64,000 nucleotides of DNA from Priapulus caudatus (lineage: Eukaryota): assembly GCF_000485595.1 (NCBI RefSeq), contig NW_014577068.1:904216-968215 (forward strand), written 5' to 3'. Below the pieces are notes generated by a model that saw only the letters and a program-made list of their open reading frames with translations, was not told the origin of the DNA and ran no database searches. Positions 38,901-48,632 of the stretch are shown here, piece after piece; positions within the stretch are counted from its first letter, which is position 1, and each line of letters opens with the position of its first letter. Position numbers and translations under genes: made by a program.

Positions 38901-41900
38901 TATGTCAAATTGCTTCAGCTTTATCAAACGAGGTAACGAAGTGTGATCGACACACGTGTTACCTAAGACGCGAACCATCCTGACAAGATGGTATTGTGAC
39001 GATTCTGGCCAACAGAAGCTCTGGTTTCACGTTGATGGAATTTTGTTTTCAATGAACATTGTGCAATATTTAGGTGGTCGGAGAGTCCATGTCTATATAA
39101 CTCGTCATTAATAACCCACTCAAACTTCCAACCTAGTGTTGAGTAATGGCTCACGCCTTGTCAGTTAAGCTCAATTCACAAATACAATAGCTGCTAACTC
39201 ACATTCTACTTCATTGGGTACTAATAAATTCGTTACACTAATTTAAGTTAATGCAGTTCCGGTTTTACAAATATTTCCATTTAAATTAGCCATGGTACAT
39301 ATCATCTGTTATTATTCACTATTGATGAGAAACTAATTACAACCAAATTTTTAAGGACACTATGTGTGTGCTATGCTGTGGGCGTATTATATGTGTTTAC
39401 TGCTGCAATAAACATGTTTGTGGGATTCTCATTCATTTGCATAGTACCCTCGAGATATCGTAATTTTCAATCATTAATCGTCAATAATTAAATATTTGCT
39501 CATTATTTTCATTTAAATTATGCATTCATTTATCGCAATGTTGCCACCAACTTGCATTTTTATTGGAACAGGGCTAATGATGTCAAACACATGTACATAA
39601 ATTATTAATCATTGGCTATTATTAAAAAAAACAAGATCAAGTGATTTACAACAATTATATCACGAAAACTATCATAATGTAGATGAATAAGTGTGCATAA
39701 GTGTTAGCACTCCAAAGTCTGAACACATAAACAGGCTAAACAACTAACAAGAAGTTGATAAGAACCACAATTCACGACACGTCTTTAGATCTGACTGAAC
39801 TCCCGTGCGATTATAAATAACAGGTCCCCTCGAGTTATCTCTGAGATTGATCATTATGCACTAATGGTTAGCCCATGTTCTTCACAGATTCCCTGTATCA
39901 GGAGCTTGCCAACAGAGTGTCACGCTATCTGACTGGTGCGTCGGCGGTGTTACAGCTACCAATCGCAGAGGCGATGGTCACGTGTAAGGAGAAGGGTTCC
40001 GAAGAGGATTCCTCCCAGTCATTCACACCTTTCATCACCGTAAGTACTCCAGCAAGTGCTGCCCTCTACCTGCACGTGACAACCTAACAAAATGATGCAA
40101 ATGGAATTTCACTTGTCTGTCCAGTAATTAATTCATGTGGAAAATGCGATGTTTAACAACCAAATCATGGTTGTTGATAATTGAATGCGAATGTGTACTA
40201 TATGAAATTCGTGAAAGCAATCGTGTGTCTAAAATTTAACGACCCATCAAGTGCGCATGTAAACAAGTAGGTACGACTAGTTCAATGGCAAGTTCACTAC
40301 ATAGTGCCATGAACCTATATACTAGTATCCTGTATACGAATAGCTTATACGAATAGCATAGGTAAACCATTATTCGATACTAGTATCCTATGTATACTAG
40401 TATATGTTACTATAATAATGTATACTAGTATCCTATATACTAGTAGCATGTATAAACCAGTATCTGATACTAGTATCCTTTGTATGCTAGTATCCTATAT
40501 ACGAGTAGCATGTATAAACCAGTATCCGATACTAGTATCCCATGTATACTAGTATATGTTACTATAATAATGTATGCTAGTATCCTATATACGAGTAGCA
40601 TGTATAAACCAGTATCCGATACTAGTATCCCATGTTAGTGTTCTATACTAGTGCGGTGTGCGGTAGGTTAGTGGTAGCGCGACGACTGTGTATCATGCTC
40701 AGCTTGCCGCGTCGTGTATGTCGGAGCATAAGCTAGACTGCCGCTCAGCGTCAGCTTTCGTCTCGCGTGCAGGACGTGAAGATCAGCAGCCTGGAGTGCG
40801 GCGGCGGCGGCGCGGCGGCAGGCTACACGTCGACGTCCGTAGATCTGACGCTGGAGGACTCGCCGACGGCTCCGCTCGTCTCCGGCTCTCCTCCCCTCTC
40901 TAGTCACCTGCTCGACAAGCCGCAGAAGGAGGCGACGACGCCACCCGGCTCTCCCAATGTCAGCCTCTCCTCCAGCTTGAACAGGTGAGCGGCCGCGCGA
41001 GAGCGTCTGCACACTTTGTTCGTCTTTGTTTTCTGCTGCGCTTCATTCGTCTTCGTTTTCTGCTGCGCTTCATTTATCTTCGTTTTCTTCTGCGCTTCAC
41101 ACTGTTGTGAACTGTTGAGTGCTTTTCTGTAACTTTACTTCGACTGGAAGACTGTGTTTCTACAGTTTCTAGAGTGGCCGGTGTAGCGTGAATTCTTCGC
41201 TCATGGGCAGATATATACATATATACTATATATACAGGTACTATATATATAGATGTACATATAGCTATATGGGCGTGTCTAGTAGGTCTCATTGTGCATT
41301 TGATGGGCACATGAGGATATGTGCAGTGCACTATGGAGGTAAGCTCATCATAAGGGGGTAGGAGCTAGTGCTACACTGGGTCAGTGTCATTGGTGGTTGC
41401 TTGGAGGTTGTAGGAGAATACACTGTTTTGTAGGACCCATTCAGAAATATATATAGCATAGCTTGTAATTGTGCTACATTGATGCTTATATATGCATGTA
41501 GTATCATGTTTATTGCATATGAGAAGCATGTTTCTTTATTTTTGGTGAGGTTGCATTAAAAAAAATTGCAATTGAAAATACACTTTGTTTCCTAATAACA
41601 GTTGTTTCATTTAGTGTGTGTGCGTGTGTTCGTGCCTTGTTAGATAATGTTTGTGGCTGTTCGGTATATCCCAACACTTGACACGATCACAATCACTGTT
41701 AAGCACTTCTCGTTTTCCGTATGTATTTCAGCAGGGATTCACAAGGTATGCAGAGCAATGCAGAGCTCGACCTACAGGTGGAGTACTGGTTGTCTCCGAC
41801 CGTCGCCTGCAAGGACCCTCCGAGCGGCCGCGAGAAGAAGGACGCTAGCGGGAAGTTATCGATGAAGTCGACGTTCCGGTCGCTGACGGTGCTGAAGCTG

Positions 41901-43504
41901 CCATCGTGCGGAGAGTTGGCAACCGGCGCAGTCTCCGCACTCACGATGATGTTCATCACCAAAGAGAAGAAACAGAAAAGTGAGAGAACGGCTAAAGCCT
42001 AGCGCAGACCTGCGATTTTTGGTTGCTCGTCATTGCAACCTGCAACCGCAAGCGATCGGTCGATGTGCCACCGCGTGTGCGCGCACATGCGATTTCGAAG
42101 CAATTCTAGAGCAATTTTGGAGCGATTGGGAGTGACGAGTCGCTCAAAATCAAAACAGTTTGATTTCTTGCAACTCGTCGCAAGCGACCAGAATCGCTAC
42201 GGATTGCAATTGCACGTTCCCGCAGACGTACCGATTTCACAGCAATTTTGACAGCGATTCTAAAATCGCTGTCGAGTTGCATGAAAAAGTCGCAGGTCTG
42301 GACTAGGCTTAAGACGGGTCGTCGTTCGCAACTGTCGAGAATATCGCGAATGTACAAAGTCTGGGAATTTTATCAAGAGTATAATAGAAATAATAGAAAT
42401 TTCTATTATGGATTGTTGATTTTATCTTGCCCCCTCCCTCCCCCCACATCTCTCCTGCACCCCCAAAGTCAAGCAGAATAAAATTCAGGATTTTGGAGGA
42501 AGATGTTAATCAACATTTAATTGTATTTTTTTAAAGCGCTTACACATCTCCTAGCGTAGCTTTTGTATGTTTGTTATAATTGACAGTTGTGATTGACTGT
42601 AATTAAGACATGAACAGCCACTAGTTTACTCAAACTGTTCTGGTGATGGTAATAATTGTCGTCGTTTTAAGTCATGTTTAACCTAGTCGGATAAACCTTC
42701 TAGAAAGGCATTAACCGTATGGCAACAGAATTTTAAATAGCTTAATTAATTCTCATGTATCATTATGCAAGAAATGGGGGGGGAGGTATTTATATTTTAT
42801 ACCGAGGTTCTTTCCCCTTTATCCAATAACGTGTGTAAGGAATCTTTCTCAAAGGCATGTCGTTGAACTGATGTGCTCACTTATCTAGGGCCTGATAAAG
42901 CAGCAACCACTGTAACAGTGAGATACTGAAGATTAGTATGAATAGATTGCGTTATGATTTATGTTACAGTTATGAGAATTGGGAAAAAGTCCAAAGAGAA
43001 GGATACAGAAACGAGACAAACTGTAGAAGGAATACAGCGACTTATATGTATGGGAAAGTCATCCAACTACCCACTTAAAGGTATACTTTGATCTAATTTG
43101 TCTTTGAACCATTATCACATCAACGCCGATTGATGATCCTTGATTGTAATACCTGCTTTCGTTGTTATTGTATATATGTGACTTGTATAGGAAAAGTATT
43201 GTTGAAATTATCCTTATACAAGGACATATATTCATTCAATAATATTTTTGTGACAGCATAAACTGTGTACGGAATAACTTAATTTTTCCTATAATGTTTT
43301 TCTGAAATAGCATTGATCTTCAATAGTCCTATTAATTTGCAAACAGACAAATTTCAACTAAACTTGTTTGTTGTTGTTTTTCCAGTGGCAATTGATGGCG
43401 TTGAATGGTCAAACGTCAAGTTCTTCCAGCTATCAGCCCAGTGGCAGACGCACACGAAACACTTTCCCATTGCAGTATTCAGCCAGGCAGAGACAACCTG
43501 CTAA
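25233..43504 (+). CDS. PACS2: Phosphofurin acidic cluster sorting protein (PACS1/PACS2 family), multi-exon gene, 5'-incomplete
   Basis: GT-AG exons in consistent phase: 25233-25322, 26418-26543, 27422-27584, ~29527-29730 (garbled), ~31330-31550 (garbled), 32997-33114, 34214-34504, 36039-36250, 36602-36756, 38009-38122, 39888-40039, 40773-40984, 41732-41979, 42970-43080, 43386-43504. Recognised PACS motifs: [90 protein letters not shown]1 versus PACS2 cannot be resolved; likely the single invertebrate ortholog. Confidence 0.95.
26418..26543 (+). CDS. PACS2: PACS exon
   Basis: ttgcag|[42 protein letters not shown]|gtacaa, 126 nt. Confidence 0.95.
27422..27584 (+). CDS. PACS2: PACS exon
   Basis: ggtag|[13 protein letters not shown]...[10 protein letters not shown]...VSET G|gtaaga, ends in phase 1. 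Confidence 0.88.
27578..28297 (+). repeat. Minisatellite, 20 x 36 bp, seeded on a PACS exon/intron junction
   Basis: Unit gagacaggtgagagtggtccctcgat(c/g)acacacctt; unit starts 27578 to 28262 are exactly 19 x 36 apart. Confidence 0.95.
28665..29400 (+). repeat. Low-complexity (CTTACTTCTTG)n-like array
   Basis: Visible T/C-rich periodicity; generates spurious Leu/Phe-rich ORFs. Confidence 0.85.
29527..29730 (+). CDS. PACS2: PACS exon (acidic middle region), corrupted by indels; 3' end uncertain
   Basis: Polypyrimidine tract + cttcag|AT GGC TAC TCA GAC CTG GAG GAG joins the phase-1 donor at 27584 to give DGYSDLEE. Later fragments [20 protein letters not shown]. The donor could be at 29662 or about 29729. 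Confidence 0.55.
29725..30195 (+). repeat. ~29-bp GC-rich tandem repeat (noisy)
   Basis: Unit approximately gtgatgcgtggtaggtgaccgttggcgcg. Confidence 0.75.
31330..31550 (+). CDS. PACS2: PACS exon, corrupted by indels
   Basis: Fragments in shifting frames: [36 protein letters not shown]-(L)R|gtaatt. This matches the [18 protein letters not shown]...STPKPKL segment. Confidence 0.7.
31530..31965 (+). repeat. 29-bp tandem repeat starting at a PACS exon end (spans a gap)
   Basis: Unit acctaaacctagtctccactatgtcacgc; clean copies at 31849-31955. Confidence 0.85.
32997..33114 (+). CDS. PACS2: PACS exon
   Basis: ttgcag|A CCA TTC TTC = (R)[39 protein letters not shown]|gtaaat. Confidence 0.8.
34214..34504 (+). 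CDS. PACS2: PACS exon (Ser/Lys-rich linker)
   Basis: aatag|[13 protein letters not shown]...[12 protein letters not shown]|gtgcgt, 291 nt, phase 0/0, GC-rich codon usage. Confidence 0.8.
34638..34942. mobile_element. Tc1/mariner (pogo/Tigger-like) MITE
   Basis: TIR cagtggacccccgatatacgaa / ttcgtatctcgggggtccaccg; TA TSD. Confidence 0.7.
36039..36250 (+). CDS. PACS2: PACS exon
   Basis: tttcag|PRKALLEQL...[17 protein letters not shown]|gtaagc. Confidence 0.9.
36602..36756 (+). CDS. PACS2: PACS exon
   Basis: ttgcag|(F)[52 protein letters not shown]|gtacgt. Confidence 0.93.
38009..38122 (+). CDS. PACS2: PACS exon
   Basis: ttatag|(G)[38 protein letters not shown]|gtattg. Confidence 0.92.
39888..40039 (+). 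CDS. PACS2: PACS exon
   Basis: tcacag|(D)[50 protein letters not shown]|gtaagt. Confidence 0.93.
40310..40650 (+). repeat. Compound TACTAGTATCC-rich tandem repeat
   Basis: Repeated gatactagtatcc / gtagcatgtataaaccagtatc blocks. Confidence 0.75.
40773..40984 (+). CDS. PACS2: PACS exon
   Basis: gtgcag|[13 protein letters not shown]...[20 protein letters not shown]|gtgagc. Confidence 0.88.
41732..41979 (+). CDS. PACS2: PACS exon (NAGNAG acceptor; alternative start 41735)
   Basis: ttcag|cag|...ELDLQVEYW...[13 protein letters not shown]...[14 protein letters not shown]|gtgaga. Confidence 0.92.
41996..42309. mobile_element. PIF/Harbinger-like MITE 16 nt into a PACS intron
   Basis: TIR agcctagcgcagacctgcga / tcgcaggtctggactaggct; TSD TAA. 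Confidence 0.7.
42970..43080 (+). CDS. PACS2: PACS exon
   Basis: ttacag|(I)[37 protein letters not shown]|gtatac. Confidence 0.92.
43386..43504 (+). CDS. PACS2: PACS terminal coding exon
   Basis: ttccag|(V)[41 protein letters not shown]. Confidence 0.95.
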
Positions 43505-46429
43505 CACTAGGCTGCGTTATCTAGACAAAAATGCGTTTGCCTACCGTCTAAAAGAACGGACCTTGGAAGCGGTACAGTCATCAGGGGCTCAACCTGGTGG
43601 CCGAATTCAGTAATTAATGGCTGCCGTTACTCTGAAGTCCCTGGTGACAAGTTTGAATGTGGATGACAAAAATGTGAAATACTCGGTGGTGAATGTTTTA
43701 TGTAGTGTTGTAATACATTTCTAGTTGGCAGGTGTTGCCAGACTCCATTCTACAGTATTTAATGCATAATGCATATATACTTGGTGTTCAAGTAAGTATT
43801 CATGTGCTATCGTGGTGATAATAATAGTATATACTGCTTATGAAGATATGTTGCTATTAATGATAAGTGCCGAGCAAAGCTAAAGGTCCAGAGTTGTATC
43901 CTCACTAAATTATTTTATGATACCAACTTGCCAAGGTACCAGGTATTGCTTTTATAGTCTTATCTGTTCCGAGCTTGCTAGGAGAAATTGGTTTAACTAT
44001 GCTTTGAGTATAGGCCTCATAAAAGCCTGACTTGGATATATGGCCTAGCATGTTGTGATGTGACGTTGCTGTCTGTTTGTGTTATCAAACTTGATGTTGT
44101 GGAGTAACGTTTAGCAGGCCTTGGGAGTATACGTAGGCCTACAGAGTTGGCCGTAAGTTATCAGGTTGAAAGCAGCACATTGTTCTTGGAAGGTACTCGA
44201 ACAAGTGCCAATATAGTAAAGACCATTTCCTGTCTTGTCTCATGCTTTGAGGAGTAGATCCTGCCACAAGGAGAGCAAGGAGAATGAAAAAGATGTGTGC
44301 TTCCATGAATGTTGCGCCATTGTTTCTCTTGTAGTCTAACAAGTTTACAGACAGTGGTGCCGCATGTCTAACGCTAAATACTATTAAATTTGTGATTCTG
44401 GGTATTGGGTTGGAGTTAGCTATCACCGTCTTAGTTGATAGCCTTGCCAGTGTTGTTGCAATGTGGAGCAGTGAACTTGGAGTTTGTGTAACTTTATGTA
44501 CGGCTTCTGAATTCTATGTTTCTTCATACCGTACGGTATTGTATGCCAATTGTGCATTAAACATTTGAAACCTGGTAATTATTGACAGTTTGGCCATAAT
44601 ACTTACGCAGGTTTCAAGTAAGCAGGTTATATTTTTATCACTATCAGGCAAATATCTACCCACCTATATTATATGACTGGTTTACAACATCAGTATAGCT
44701 TATGTTGAGCTTGTAATCATTTCGTCCTAGGTAAAATACTCTACTTTTGTACGTTTGAACCAGTTAAGATAAGGGTGGGAACCAAAACAAGCTAATTTGC
44801 AAGATTAATATGTGCTGCTACGTGCATGACAGTACCTTTACGCAGATACACATAAATAGCGTACCCACGCAACGCAGATGTTTGCAAGTGTCCCGCGTCA
44901 TTGCAGCGCCTCGGTGTCACATGTGTGAAACTGTGCAATCACTGGGAACAACCGCATCCTTTTTTTACAACTGAATAGTTTATGCATGGACGAACGTATT
45001 GGTGTATACAGTAGTGTATGCACTAAGTAATCCTCGGATGAAAATCTTTCTGGGTGCAGCTGAAGTTTTAAATATTGCTTTAAAATAATATTATATTAAT
45101 AACACTGTTAATCATTATAATTAAGGAGTCTTATTCTCATCATATCAGGTGGTTCTTTGGACAGTAATTACAATGTATACATGATATAGAACGGTTTGAG
45201 AGCTATGTAGAAGGGCGTCAATTTATAGGACGTGGCAAAGAAACTTCAATTGAACATATTCCTCACGCCACCATTATCTATTGCAATAGTGGCTGTGCTT
45301 CCATTTAATAATGGATATGTTAGGGTTAGAAAATGCTTTCAAGTATAGAAAGCATACATGTAAGTAATACAGCACGATTTATTTTTAATGGATACGTCCC
45401 TACAGCCATTGAAAAAATGTCTGAGGTTTTAAAATTTATTCACTATTAGAAGGCATGCTGTAACTTTGAAACCATAGTGTGCGCATTATATTCAGTTACA
45501 CACCGTCACCATCCAAGTTTCTAAACCCTCCACTGTCTTTATAGGAGCTGGCACCGATACTTTGACAGACAAACTAGCCGTTTTGTTGTATATTATTTAG
45601 ATGCTCTATGTCAAGTTGTACAGATTATATATCACTATAATAACGTCATGGTGTAATGTTATGTTGTGTTATTGTACAAGTTTTGTGTTACTGTATAATT
45701 CCCATAAATGCTTTTTGTAAGAAAAATGCAACCAGTTGAAAAGTTGGTTGTTGCGTTAGCAGTAAACTGTAGTAGCTAAGCTATGTTGAAATGTTAGTAA
45801 TGTAAAAATGTATAAATTATAAACTATAAACAATTCCGTTTTCTTATATAATTTTTTCTTCACATGGGAACATGAAAATGACATATTTACACAATCAACT
45901 TAGAAATATCTTCAATGTCAATGTCAACTATCACTGTATTATAGAATTATCGAGTAGATACAACTTTCTTACAAATTCTCAATCGGCCTTCTCTTTCAGC
46001 ATTCATTTATCAGAGGCAGTACAGCATTTGTGATACACGCTCGCAAATTTCATTTACCTCATTCACCAACCTATGCTCAATGTGCAATGGAAACACAAAC
46101 TTCCCTTAGGCTCCTAACGGTAGGAGAGACCGGTATAAGAATTTTAGAAGATGCCTGTGGTAACCAGAGATTAGCAGGCTTTTACACACATCTAGCACAT
46201 TCGGCAACGTGGCAGGGACCAGCAGTTGGTTTAGAATCAATCGGTACTGATACATAGCTGATTATAAATAACGCATTAATGTGTTAGAACCAAGTGTAAC
46301 ATTATTTAATTATCTTAATGTGTTATTGTTGTCATAGTTCTCCACATTAATGAATTTGACAGTAACACCCTGTAGTTATCATAGTTCTCCTACATTTTTA
46401 CACTCGGTTGCTACTAAGTCCAGTGTCCA

Positions 46430-46960
46430 AGACCGTGCACTTCATAGATCTATATAAATCTACATTGTTCTGCACACGGCTGCTATGGTTTCCGTTTGTC
46501 CGAGACCATGCACTTGTCGTAGATCTACATAGATCTGCACACGGCTGCTAGGGTTTCCGTTTGTCCGAGACCATGCACTTGTAGATCTACATAGATCTGC
46601 ACACGGTTGCTAGAGTTTCCGTTTGTCTGAGATCGTGTACTTGTAGATCTACATATAGACCTGCACACGGTTGCTAGGGTTTCCGTTTGTCCGAGACCAT
46701 GCACTTGTAGATCTACATATAGACCTGCACACGGCTGCTAGGGTTTCCGTTTGTCCGAGACCATGCACTTGTAGATCTACATAGATCTGCACACGGCTGC
46801 TAGGGTTTCCGTTTGTCCGAGACCATGCACTTGTAGATCTACATATAGACCTGCACACGGCTGCTAGGGTTTCCGTTTGTCCGAGACCATGCACTTGTAG
46901 ATCTACATAGATCTGCACACGGTTGCTAGAGTTTCCGTTTATCTGAGATCGTGTACTTGT
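46430..46960 (-). repeat. 62/64-bp tandem repeat (about 8 copies) containing the FAM50 C-terminal codons and stop
   Basis: Unit spacing 46681/46745/46807/46871/46933 alternates 64 and 62. Confidence 0.9.
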
Positions 46961-47046
46961 CGTAGTTCTTCTCGGGGTCGTACGGTTCCCAGCGGCTCGC
47001 CGGGAAGATGTGCTTGTTCTTCTCGTACCAGCCGCGCAGCACTATC
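46926..47046 (-). CDS. FAM50A: FAM50 terminal coding segment (5' part lost in gap)
   Basis: [42 protein letters not shown]. Confidence 0.92.
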
Positions 47047-48600
47047 NNNNNNNNNNTTTGTAGCTATATGTGTAGTTTTATGTGCATGTACCGTATGCAT
47101 AGCTACTATATGTTAGCTATATGTGTAGCTTCACGTGCATGTACCGTATGCATAGCTACTATATGTTAGCTATATTTGTAGCTTCACGTGCATGTACCGT
47201 ATGCATAACTACTATATGTGTAGCTTTATGTGTATGTAACGTATGCATTGCCATTTTATGTGTAGCTTTATGTGTATGTACTATAAGCATAGCATACTAG
47301 GCAACATGCTTATAAAGTTTATCTGTTACATATGTCCACTGCTAATCACACTCTATTTAATGGCTAGCTGGATAAACAATCTTATCTATTGCTTATCATA
47401 TTATATGTAATGGCTATAGCTAGACAGAGTGATAAATGAAGAAGTACTTAGCCATAGTGCTATATGCCATTACATGACTGCCTATATGGGTTACTTATGG
47501 CTAGGCTGGAATAGGGGATAGCTCAATACAGTGAAGGTATTGGATCCACTAAAGCACACATTAGAACTTTCAAGATGAAAATAAAATGCATTATATAATA
47601 ATCATGCTCAACCTAATACATCATCGTGAGGCCTACACATCGGATTGTCACAATAGTATGTATTTACCTTGATGTACATGAGCTGATCAACAGTAGCTAA
47701 CTTTAGTTCTGTAAACTCCTTCCGAAGGTTTTCTAAGCACCGGTGCAGAAACTGTGATATGCTGTTGCCCTTCTTCATTCTGGTTCAACAAATTTATGCA
47801 GCATTAGTACACTGATAATGAAGCTCAGCATGAAAATACATCTAGTTCACAACATGCATGTTTCTTATGGAAAAGTTTACTTTGATTTTATAGTGACCAT
47901 TTAATATAAATATAACCTTGATAGATCTGAAAAACTAAAAGGATTTTAGATGGATGCAGACAATCTGGAATGAGGCACTTAAAGTTAAGTTGGATCGAGA
48001 ACAATAATATTAGAGTGTGTATGCTTGCCTAACATTCCTTCTATGTCCAGACCCATCCCAGTAGCTGTACGTGATCTCAATCTCTTCACTTCTGAGCTTC
48101 TCTTGCTTGGTCACCCATTCCTGTTCAAGAAATCAATCACTTACAAAAATACTCACAAGTATCATGTTCAAGCATAATTCCTGCACTGATATGTATGTAA
48201 CAACTATTTCATTAGTGTCTTTTATACGGCCGTGACAAATCATCGTATTTGTGCAAGATAACATCTCATTTTCACAGGATACCATGTAATGTTGTCACCA
48301 TGTTATATTACGTGATGGAACAAAATTTCTTCATGAATGCTGTTGTGTTTCTATTGTTCGTCAGGGAATGAACATGACAGTGAAAATGTTTTACTGTAGG
48401 GCAGGGGTGGATCCAGAAGGGGGGTCGAGGGGGTCTGGACCACCCCTTTTTACCACAACAAGAGCCGCAGAGCGTCTGGGCTCATCTGGGGTCTGTTGCT
48501 ACGGTTATGAACGTACAATTTCAGTCGTGCGTAGTGACACATNNNNNNNNNNNNNNNNNNNNNNNNNACACGCACGCACGCGTGCGCGCACACACACACA

Positions 48601-48632
<32 letters not shown>

